Positions 53,601-64,000 of a stretch of DNA of 64,000 nucleotides are shown in pieces. The position numbers were made by a program, and so were the translations under genes. The notes below the pieces were generated by a model. The model was not told the DNA's origin and ran no database searches. It saw nothing but the letters and a program-made list of their open reading frames with translations. Origin of the DNA: Balanoglossus misakiensis (Eukaryota > Animalia > Hemichordata); NCBI GenBank assembly GCA_040954595.2, contig CM082594.2:9428296-9492295 (forward strand), read 5' to 3'. Numbering within the stretch: position 1 is the first letter of the stretch; each line of letters begins with the position of its first letter.

Positions 53601-53699
53601 TCTTTGGATTCGTTTTTACAGGAAGGCTTCGGCGCAGGATTGACGATGGGAAAAGATGATTTTTCTCTTGAAGACCTTGACCCTCTGAATCAGAAGTAA
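44668..53699 (+). CDS. GULP1: PTB-domain engulfment adaptor GULP1/CED-6 (~393 aa)
   Basis: Exons 44668-44683 (CCACCATG start; alternative start at ATG 45003), 45001-45068, 45269-45340, 45803-45901, 46246-46383, 46559-46675, 46962-47087, 47462-47524, 49976-50147, 52947-53069, 53270-53379, 53622-53699 (1182 nt, in frame). PTB domain [21 protein letters not shown]...[15 protein letters not shown]...[20 protein letters not shown]...[20 protein letters not shown], then a leucine zipper ([19 protein letters not shown]), a Pro-rich region, a DPF motif, and C-terminal [14 protein letters not shown]. Confidence 0.93.
46064..46284 (+). repeat. ~115-bp tandem duplication spanning a GULP1 3' splice site and exon start
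   Basis: Copy 1 is 46064-46177 and copy 2 is 46179-46284. Both read ggaatctgttttgagccagttcagtgctgatg...ttccag|GAGAAACTGCACAC...CACAGGATTTCCTAC, with several differences including 4 extra nt in copy 1. Confidence 0.95.
52172..52237 (+). CDS. Possible 66-nt cassette exon of GULP1 ([22 protein letters not shown])
   Basis: Acceptor cttcctctcgtccag, donor CAG|GTATCA, phase 1-1 matching the flanking exons, open frame. No homology support. Confidence 0.3.
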
Positions 53700-56600
53700 T
53701 ATTAGCGGTGATGTCTGTTGACTAATCTGTCTTCCTCAACTAAGGTGAAGTTCTGATCTTTCCTATTTTCCAATTTTGAACAAAATATGCATTGAAGGAA
53801 CGGGTGTCATGGTTACGTGAGAATCTGGAACTTTATCATAGTGTGCTATGGATGGATACTGCTGTGTTTATGCCGAAATTGTGCCAAGGTTGAAAACTAC
53901 GATCTGGATTGGAAACTCTGGGATGCATGCCACTTTGACATCATGGGTCATGGTAAAAATAAACTGCAGACTGGTATGGGAACATTTCAGAGATTGGCCA
54001 GTGTGGACCACATATACCCTTGTGTGATTGGTGGAACGAAGATGTTGAGTTAACGGAATTTGATGACGTACATGGAACTTGATAGAAACAGTTTGAAGCT
54101 CTCTTGCACTGATTCGAAGAATGATTGAATGTGTTTTTGCTACCTTACAAATTCGGGATATGAACGACTTGAGTGATAGTGGAACATTTTGATGTTGACA
54201 TTTTGCCGCGTGTATCATTCGTGATTGGATGGTGAGACGACAATGTACGTTTGCTATCCAGTCGCTCATCGGATGACGTAGAAATTTTCTCAGCAACTTT
54301 TTCAGTAACTCTCACTCTTGCAAAACCATGACAACACAAACGTACATATGATGTCGTCACACCTGGTTGCCCAGTAGTTCAAATGCAATCAGACCTTATT
54401 TTCAGGGTTGTGCAGTTCTTATGTAAGAACTGTCAACAAGAAAGATAAAAGGTTTAGCAGTTGCTACGGTAACAACCCTGAATACCCACAAATGCCTACA
54501 TCAGTGACTTTTCTTGTATATTGACACAACCTTGTGATCAGTTTATTTCTGTAAGTAAGGGAAGGTTATGAGCATATGCTGTAGTTTCTGATTTCAGCTG
54601 GATCTTTCAATTGGAGTTTTACGGTACTTGACTCAAATGGTCTTCATGGGTCCCTCTCTGTATTCAACTTCAAAATTACTTTAAGCTGTGGTACCAAGGA
54701 CGCAGCCTGGCTGGTAATGGCTGCGTCATTGTAGTCAAGGTTACGGCTTTTGTCTTCATCAAATGACCTGAACTACATCCAGGTCTCAAGAGGTATAAGC
54801 TGAACTAAATGAAATCAGGCAGAAGGTTACTCTTGTATGTAATGTGATTACTTTTTTTTCTCCAAATAATTCCATATGTAGATTTGTATTCAGTATGTGC
54901 GTGCGTGCGTAGAACTTGCTCCAAGAATGATGTCATGAGCATGTGACATGTTCCGCTTGTATTCGAAGATGCCTTGAAGCTTTACTGGCATGGGAAATAG
55001 TTGATACTTCCATGTTATACTAAGCCACACATTATTTGATTTAATGCAAATAAAATCAGGATGACTTATTCTAAGAAAAACTAAAGCCAAAATACAAAGT
55101 GCATTTCCAAATCTGGTTAACATCTCAAACAGCATTCTACAGTTGATGTCAAATTCATGGGATGATACTAATGATTGTGTATCTTAATGCCTCAATTTCA
55201 TAGGGGTAGCTGTTGCCATGGTAATATATTGGATTCTTGACACAAGTACAGCAATATCTTAAAAAATATTCAACTCGTCATTGCATAATCCTTTTTATCA
55301 CATTTAATATTTTTTGTTTATCAAAATTTCACGTTTTGTATTAGTTTTTTGTTATATTTTGCTTCTCAGCTATCACTTTGTTATTTTCTTTTGACTTTCA
55401 GTTATAAATGATTTAATTTTCATAAGACATTTTCATTGTGTTGGATTTTCTTTTCTTTTCTTATTATATTTGCTTTCTACAAAATTCACTAATTTTCTGA
55501 AGTCTTGCTTGAACTGTTCACTTCCAGATAATTCTATTTTTATATCTATTGTAAGATGTGGAAACTATATTTAGAAAAACATTGTAAAGAAACTTCATAA
55601 AATTTAGATAAAATAAAAAAGATAAAATTTACCAGTTTTGGTCATAGCTCAAAAATTATTCATAGTAGAACCTCAAACTTCAATGGGTATACAATGCAAT
55701 ATTCATGATGAAATTTAACAGCAGATTCAGTCTTTCATAACTTCTTGGAAACAATATCATTATCAAGACAAATTTTGGTGTATAATTAAATTGCATTTAA
55801 TATGCCTTTTGTGAATCCAACATTGTATAACATTAAGAATTGATTATTTTCTTATTTGCATTTACTTCTTTTGCTTTTGAAGAAAGTTATTATTATTTAG
55901 GAATCTGGTATGGTCTTTCCGAGTGGTTGTATTAAATTGGTAGTATGTGCCTTGTGGACAGATTTTCAACGATGGTCCTCCAAATCTATTGATTCTTTGC
56001 TATATTAAAGTGTGGGATGACTTGAACTGTGAACAAACGATTGCAAGATCATTCTCAATGGAATAAGGAGTTTCATTTACCATGGCAACACTTGTGTATT
56101 TCTTAAACAGATAAATGATGAATTTAAAAAAAAAAAATTTAATTGATATTGAAATTTGGAGAGTAAACTTGACAGAGAAGTATTTTTTACAGTGGAAAGG
56201 AAGATGTTTGAAAATTCATGTAACAAGGTGTGTGTTTATGCAGTAGAGTTAAGCATGCATAAATTATTACAAACACTTTCTTTTTGGACAAGAGATTTTG
56301 CTTATGTATTACTGAGATGGCAATGTTTTAGTATTCTGAGAAATAAAATTATGCAGAGTAAAGTATTTCATTGCATGTGGTCTTGTAAGTCTTAACAAAC
56401 GAAGTGCGAGGACTTGAAAATTTGACCTTTTTATGTGTGTGGAACCGGAAAGGCTCCGTCTCGTGCAAGTCTATTTGGGGGTCTGTTGAAGTCTTGCTTC
56501 AGCCTCAGAGGTGGAAGTAAAATCAGCAATCAAAGTTCTAATTGTTGAGTGGTATAACCAAAAATTGAATTGTAAAAGTTATATCTGACATTGGCTGTCT

Positions 56601-57393
56601 TTTTGGTGGTAACTTTTGTTCCAGTTGTGGTTAATCTTGTCAACGACAGACTGGAAAGTATTTAGTCAACTATGCAACAACAGTTGGTCTGTCAATATCT
56701 TGTACATTTTTATCCTTGACAAAAATATTGTCAATTGAACCCCTAAGTGTTTTTAAAAGTTGTCTGTGGACCCTTTAGCTTGCTACAAATTCAAATGTCA
56801 AGGATGGTTTTCGCTTTTCTTGTAGTGGAACCACACAAATTGAATGTTCGGATATGATAGCTCTCATGGACATCTGTAGAATGTTTCTTCGTCTGCTTCA
56901 GTTTTGCACACAAGTTCCATTCATTTTGGGCGATATCATTGATGGGGAGGTGTCGTGGCACCGGTATCCTATATCGCTCTAAAATCTGCAAGTGTCTGTC
57001 CTCTCGCACAACAGATCCTGTTTACTGAGATTCGGGTTTCCTCCTTCCAAATTATTTCTGTCAACTTCTTAAAGTCAAATTAAACACACATAAGCCGAGT
57101 ACTGCTTTCTTGAACATTTGTGAGATTTTGGAAATGCTGGTAATCGTTGGCGTGTTGAGTCACTGATATCCATGCCACATATCAGTAGTGGATTCTGTCA
57201 GCTCAAAAACAAACAAGATTACACTGAAATGCAGAATGTTGGATTTTGTTCTTTTCTTACTCAGTGAGTGGTTGATACGTGCCTTGACTGTTTGACTACA
57301 GCTTCAGGCTTAGAAAAGTCTAGTCTGTGAAGATTAGGACACAGAAAAAAACAAATTAGACTCCAGTTCAAGTTATATCATGTTACAAATAGA

Positions 57394-57399
57394 AATAAA
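57394..57399 (+). other. Candidate distal polyadenylation signal of GULP1 (proximal candidate at 55612-55617)
   Basis: AATAAA hexamers after a long AT/T-rich 3' region, implying a 1.9 or 3.7 kb 3' UTR. Confidence 0.35.
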
Positions 57400-57605
57400 A
57401 ACTGTGACGATACAAGAAGGTAACTCAGGCTTATTGATGTTCGAATGGTTACCAGGGTAAATCCTAAATTAATGCAAACGACATACTTTCTTCAAGAAAC
57501 AAGCTGGCACTATCTTGGATGTCGGGAGTAAAGTTTACCATGTGTTGATCTAAAGAAGTATGATAGTATATATTTTGCGCAAATTATTGAGCAGGAGCAG
57601 CCAGT

Positions 57606-58804
57606 TTATGACTGAAAGAGATCTTTGTTCTGCGTTTCTGCAGAGAATTGGTCATGCTCAAGTTCAAATGTCAACAGCTTAAACGGGATGAATGGTTTTT
57701 GGACAAAAGGGGTAGCCAAGGGCATGTCTTGGAAGTCGTCAATGAGTTAGGCGGATCAGTGAAAATGAATCGGGCTTTCAATGATTCTACAATTCTCCTA
57801 AAAATCGATGAGGCAGTTAGAATCGTTTGTCCTCAACACTCTCAGCTATAAGTGATTATTTCATGGTTTTGCAGCGTTTCTGTAAGTCCAACAGACGAAT
57901 GTTGTGATTTTCTTTTCCACCGGGCATTTTGGATTGGGTCTGAGAGAGTTCCTGTAGCCCAGGGGTCGAATTGTCACCATTATGACAATGACTTAAAAAT
58001 CACGCAAAGAAATCATTTTTCACGCAGGTTTTCCAGACAAGGGTTACTGTCCAGTTAGGAAGTGGTGTCTGGCTGTGAAGTGACCGTGGGGACAAACACA
58101 AGTAGTGTTCTGGTGTGTGTTAAAGTGAGTGGGCGGACAATGGATCTTTTTGGTCAATGAGTGGGTGGGTGGGGTCTGGGATATATGGAAATGATGGGCG
58201 CATAGAAATGATGCACTATATGAATTGTTTGTCTGTTGGATAATTATGTGGAAGCGCCCAGGACACTTGACATGCAAACACCTTCAATGTGAATTGTCGG
58301 TGTTTTCATCTGGTTGAAAGAGTACGTTAGACTAAAAGAGGAGGTACCGGTATATGTACACCAGTTTGAAGAAATATGGCACTGTCTGACTTGTTCTGGT
58401 CTTTTGTCACGGCCTTAGCATTTCTCAGCAGACTCCACTGCCAGCAGGGATATCGGTTTTCCCGCAGGAGTGTGTGTAAGGCCACTTAGAGTTGAACTTT
58501 TGTTGCCACTAACAGCTTCAACAGATGCGTAATACTTCACCACCACGCTGCCCTTACGAAGAATCTTGTGTTAAATCCGCAAGTGATGTGAAAAAGGCTG
58601 GCATTCAGTTCCTGCCCATTACCACCAATACACAAGTTCATATCAATGTCATTTGAACTTCGATAAATAATGATAAACATCAAAACTATCAAGTTCCAAA
58701 CATGGATTTACAGCAAGATCACTTTTGTAAGGAATTCCAGTGATTTACCCAGAAGAATTTCTGGTTCATTTGACAGCCAGTAAACGTTAATACACATTTT
58801 GCAT
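57606..58804 (-). pseudogene. Decayed SEA-domain/EGF-like (mucin-like) gene remnant
   Basis: On the minus strand, after acceptor ggttttcag (58804): ITGIPYKSDLAVNP (58744-58703), then frameshifted ELNASLFHITCGF / KILRKGSVVVKYY (GSVVV at 58552-58538). The next acceptor (58309) gives Cys-rich CLHVKCP...TCVCPHG, and a last exon-like piece (57797-57606) ends in TAA. Multiple stops and frameshifts. Confidence 0.4.
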
Positions 58805-59574
58805 CTGAAAACCTAATAAATCTAAACAATCTTCCCCAGACCACTCGGGCACCATGGTAACCTCTCCTCCCATGAATCATGGGTATTAAAGATCACTATT
58901 TTACTGACACATCCTACAAACCATTTAAATGTCTTGCTACTTAATTTAGCAAAGTTAGGGTATCAGATTTCAGATATCTCTCAACCATGCAAAATATAGC
59001 CACATGGTGCTATATGTTTGTGCTGCATGATAAGGGATCTTTGAAATGATCTGAAACAGTCAACTGATTTCTAATCCCGCTTTGTCTGTGGAACAACAGC
59101 GAGTGTCAATGTTCACCAAAGTCTAGTGTGTCATCTTGACATTACATCGTCACATCTGCCTGATAAGTGGACTTTGAAACCAGCAAACATCATTCAACCA
59201 GTGTCAATGTTCAACAATTCTAGCATTTTATCTTGACCTTTGAAATATTACATCACCTCAACCGACATGTCTTATTGTGTTATGAAGCAACCAAACACAA
59301 AATGATAAAAGGATTATTGCAAATATTTGATGCTGAGATTTTCTCAAGCATTCATAAGGTATCCCAGGATTCCATTGTGTTGGTGTCCCCCCCCCCCCCC
59401 TCCACCTCAACTCATTGACATTTGACTTTAAACTTCCTCTGAAAATTATGCTTTTAAACTTCAGAAGGTCCAGGAATTTTAAGTGACACTGTGTGTATTA
59501 AAAGTCACTCGCTGTGGACCTGTTGAATCAACTGCTATGAAGAGGAAATGGACCGAGTCTCTGTCAAAAAAAAG

Positions 59575-59912
59575 CTTACATAAACTTACAAATAACTGTT
59601 AGCTGAAATGAAAGAATGTAGTGAGTGGTTGTGCATGTGAAAAAGAACGTCTGTAGGGTATTTGTTTCCAATTCAGAATTCTGCTATATAGCCATCTGGA
59701 TTTAAGTCTGTGTTACCAGTTCAGAATGCCAGAAATGGCCATATGGATTAAACTATTTGTATTGTGGACATGATGCCAGGAAAATGAATGTTAATATTAT
59801 CACTTCTATAGAATTCAATAGAAATCTATAGATATCCATAGAAATTCTATAAACTTCCATAGAGCCTAGGCTATAGAATTCTATAGATATCTATAGTATG
59901 TTTATGTAAGGG
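59575..59912. mobile_element. ~340-bp MITE-like element with CTATAG-rich subterminal array
   Basis: Inverted ends CTTACATAAACTTAC (59575-59589) and GTATGTTTATGTAAG (59896-59910) match at 14/15 positions. A ~10-bp-period CTATAGAAAT-like array lies at 59805-59896. Confidence 0.5.
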
Positions 59913-62900
59913 AAAGTTAAAAGGCAAAAAATGATGTGTTAGTTTCAACATCTGGCTCGATCAGTTTGTTGCCACCTGGGTTACATCGCTCAAAAACAGA
60001 AGAGGTATTTGCACTCTACGAACTAGCTGAGCACTGAAGTATAGCTCCATGGGAAGCCGGGGCATAAACTTTTAATCAACTATGTTAACATGACCTCAAT
60101 CATTAGGGTCACATGGAATCATGTTGACTCACCCTGTGATATTTAGCTTCAGATTATGGTCGTGTATCAAACATGGATGTAGTTCTGTCAGACTTGTTTT
60201 CATCCATCTAGAAGAGCTCTGACTCATGGTGTAGCCATGTATTTTTAAGGTATTGTCGTCTAAAGTTTTGAATGATTCTTATAGAGTGTGGGGAGTCTTT
60301 TACGAAAACAAAAACAAAGTGTTCACCGTCTTGTTTTCATAAAAAATCACTACAGACTTTAATTTTTTCACTGTACAGATAACACAAATAAAGTCTCTGA
60401 AAAATCCCATTATAGTATAAACCATCAATTAGTGACTGCCGCCTTCTGTTTACATAACATTGAACTTTGTTGTCACTTTGGTTTTTACCACCATGAGACA
60501 TTGTTTGTTTGGCAATGACACTTGCCTGCTTGGAGTGACTGCTTTGATAAACTATTGAGGCATTGTGTATATTTGTGTATTACCCTTTGTATGTATTTTG
60601 TAGTAGCGTATCCAAATAGTTCACATACTATATCCCAGCCTGGCTGTATGATCCACTAATTGCGTGATGTTTTTTGGTCGAAATAACATCCCTCTGAAAT
60701 GATTCTGAAGAATATAAAATTGGACAAAAAGTGGCCTTAAAGTTAATTCAAAGCCTTTACATCAAACTTGCATTTGTCAAGAGTGGTACAGAATTGTCAC
60801 TTCTTAAAAATCAATAATTTCCTTGAAGGAAAAAAGTTTTTAGTCTTGACCAAACTTTGAAAATTTTGAAAACTGACAGAAATCCATAAATAATACTTAC
60901 ATTAATGTATTTGAATGGTTCTAAGTAGACTGCTGTAGCTATTCCAATGAAATATTAAAAGAGTCGGAGCAGAGAATTTCTGGCAGACTTCAAAGACCAC
61001 AAACATAGGGCAAGTTGCCAGTGATGAAATGAATTTCAGCTGCGAAGCAACGGTTTATCATGTGAAGTTGGTTCCCTGCAGTTTTTATACCACTGACTTG
61101 TTCTGAGAAATTCTGAACAGGGGAAGCCATTGAAATGTCAGGGCCATTAAAAAGAAAAACGCTATGCATTCAGGGAATACTTCAACCTTTCTACACTTTC
61201 CATCTCCGTGAATACCTTTGCCTAGAATCACTCATGCATAACCATTAACATGCAGAGTAGTTCAAAGTGGTTTATTGACTGAGTCGTCTCGATGCCTGTG
61301 CACAGCAGTGCAGGCTCACTTGAACGTTGCCATCTCGGGCACATTCCTTGGGAGAAATCTGACCTGCACAATTGGGATATGCTTTCTCTGGACTAACTTT
61401 GTTGAACTTTTCAGAGCTGTACAAAGTGGGTGCAAGTGCACTCAAGATTTCATGGTCCTTGTCCTAGTGTTAAAGGGACAATACCTGAAACTTTTTGCCA
61501 CTTATATGCTCTGTATTGTTTGGTTTGAAGGTCTTTGGGTGATCTAAGTTATTGGTAAGATAGATGCCGAATGTTTCATTGTACTTTGGGGTGTAGAACT
61601 AAAAACTGCAAGTGACAAATGCCGGAAAAAAAGTTTCAAAAGTTATGGGTATCAGAGCTTGAAGCATTTCCAGATGTATTATGGACAGTTCTGTCTTGGT
61701 AAATTATATGACATTCAGATTCATACAGCAAGTGACACGAAAATTCATATTAAATGTAAAATATCTAATCTGTGTAGGCGGTTGAATTTGTTGGAGTGCC
61801 TAGGTCAAAGGTCAGTGGACAGCTTTAGTGAGATGGAAATATGACTCGTACTGTGGGCTATTGAAGAAAAACCACAATCTTTACAGATTTTAAGTAGTTG
61901 GGTCATTTCAATGGAAGTAGTAACATGTAAGGCTGTAGGGTGGAATTTTTATGACTTTCAATGGTGCACGGCCTGTCTAGGGCGGACAATGATGTGTCTA
62001 GCCATTACAGGTAACCAAATACTAAAATGGTGAAACGTTGCACCTGAAATGTGAATTGAAGAATAGCGTCCAAGTACAGAACTTGAACCACTTCAAGTTG
62101 GCTTTTGATGAAACAGAAGTGATTTTTCCGATGTGTTTCACTCAGTTAATCGCTGTTCACTTTGCATAACAATTTATAAAGAAATTATTGCTTGAAACTT
62201 TTTCAGATTGAACATTAGTTGCTGAGTAAGTTTGTTAATAAAATGGCAAAATATCATAGTCTATGTTGTAACATTAATGTACACATTTGTTATTTTAAGT
62301 TGTCTTAAACCTATACACCTGTGTACAGAGGGCATATCACCTGATGTGATCACACTAATGTGATTGGCTCTCAGCATTCAGCAGTTTTATGCTAGAGAAA
62401 CTCAAACACTAAGTTTCAAAGTAAAAATGCTGATATAGTTGTCTACACATTGGAATCAGTTACACTCCCTGAAAGGAAACAGGACTGTATTTTCTGTCGT
62501 ATTAACCGAGCTCTGCTATTGTTCTGTGGAGCCTTGCAGGATTACCTTGCAGGCACTAAAATTGCAAACCGGCCCCGACTGATCCACTAATGGTGAACTA
62601 TTTCACACATGCACGCTGCTTGCAATGAAGTACTGCTGCCTCTCACAAAGGGTCGGACACCGGATTCTTGTAAAATGATATACAGTACGTCTGCGTACAC
62701 TGGACTTTTTTTGTTCATTTTCATGAGCCATAGAACCGATTTACCACGTCGGCAAGCACATCTAATATCTGTCGTCATGGGAACACATGGCAGTGAAGTG
62801 AAAAAAAGTGTTCTGTTTGTATCAATACCCTTGAGAATGCAGTTTCTGAAAAGAAAATACAAGCGCCATAAAGTTTGTGAGTGTTTTTGATTGTTGTTTA

Positions 62901-64000
62901 GGAAAGGATAGGGTTGTCTGATTAGTCTTGAATTCTAGTTTGATTTTAACTTCAAATTTTTCTATATCATCGTTTAGTAATAATTAGTTAGTGCATTATT
63001 GCCAAATTCTGCAAACAGGCTAGATAGATCTCTTTGTAACAATAACTTCAAATAGGTGTTGTTAGTCACTCCCCCTTATGACTTCTCTGTGTTTGCTTAG
63101 GAAAAAGCCTGATTACCTAGAAATTCCTGTCAACTTGTAAAAGAAAACCTTTGAGTTTTTGTACTGTGCTTTTTTCCAGCGTGAGTGCTGTGTGTTTGGA
63201 TTTCCGGCGCACACGAAATTTGAATCGAAATCAGACAGCATTGTGTTACTCTGGTCTGTGGTTGAAAATTGATGATTTCGACACATCAGCAAGGGAAGTG
63301 ATCTTTTTTTCTGTGAGGATGAAGAACTTTGAGCAGCGGCGCATTGTTTTTATGCACTTTAGGACACAGTCTATTTGGCAAAGCCACTGGCTTACAATTG
63401 CTCCATTGTTAATATGGTAGTGATTAGGGGGGTTCTGTAGCAGTGACCTTTTTGGCATCCTTGGGCGAAAATCGCTCCATTCCCACAGTCAGTATTCATT
63501 CCAATGACATTCCTTCCCGGCTACACTAAACTATGTATTCTCCGCCAACAATTTGTGTGGTAAAATGCGGGGAAGCAGATGATGCCTGTGAAAATTGGGT
63601 TCCTCTTGCAGCTGTGTTTTCGTGTCTGTATTTATGAATGTATGTGTGTCCCTGCCTGAATAATTGTGAATGACAATGAAAAATCCAGCCCTCCTTCACC
63701 TCGGCCAATGTCATTAATTGTACCAAGACTTCTAACAACACAGACTGCCGGTACAACCAAATGATTAGTGGGTGTCACCAACCGTTTCATGGAGGTGTTT
63801 TTACCCCTTTTGGATTAAAATCAACCCCCTCCCCTTTAACCAGATTTGCTCAGAAACACGATACCATTACCAGGTACACGCAAGTTGCATCAGACAAATG
63901 TACTTTGCATGTCTGATTGTTTTGTGGTAAACTGTAAATACCACTTTTCCTTCCTCTGTCTTTATAGCTGCTGAAAAGGTCCAGACAGAGTTTCCCTTGC

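Noticed and set aside
59092-59260. Diverged ~100-bp direct repeat (agtgtcaatgttca...tcttgac)
   Set aside because: Looks like an ordinary old local duplication with no functional signature.
63526-63560. QIVGGEY on the minus strand as a trypsin-type activation motif linked to the SEA relic
   Set aside because: Followed at once by a stop, no PWQ/CGG/TAAHC motifs, and it lies upstream of the SEA fragment, the wrong order for a type II transmembrane serine protease.

Overview
This is AT-rich, intron-rich animal genomic DNA, probably from an invertebrate deuterostome (inferred from gene content, intron positions and a mosaic CpG pattern). By following GT-AG splice sites and reading frames by hand I reconstructed five spliced protein-coding genes, all on the + strand. 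They are (1) a 15-exon glutamate decarboxylase (GAD, ~555 aa, 5726-21299); (2) a 3-exon single-Sushi/CCP type-I membrane protein (~283 aa, 28770-29852); (3) WDSUB1 (WD40-SAM-U-box, ~531 aa, 31425-35617); (4) a divergent ZU5-(UPA)-SH3-death-domain protein with SH3BP4/MACC1-like architecture (~684 aa, 38163-40624); and (5) GULP1/CED-6 (PTB adaptor, ~393 aa, 44668-53699). Two decayed gene-like remnants are also present: a 4-exon + strand relic at 23.8-24.9 kb and a - strand SEA-domain-like relic at 57.6-58.8 kb. Notable small-scale features are a hairpin mini-transposon whose 9-bp target duplication copied a GAD splice donor, two CATAGAC...GTCTATG footprints resembling P-element excision scars, a duplicated splice acceptor in GULP1 that would give a premature stop, several frame-preserving micro/cassette exons, clustered CRE palindromes around GAD, and a shift from CpG-rich to CpG-poor sequence near 32 kb. 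I found no rRNA, tRNA or CRISPR features and no clearly novel multi-gene system. Coordinates were counted by eye and may be off by a few bases.
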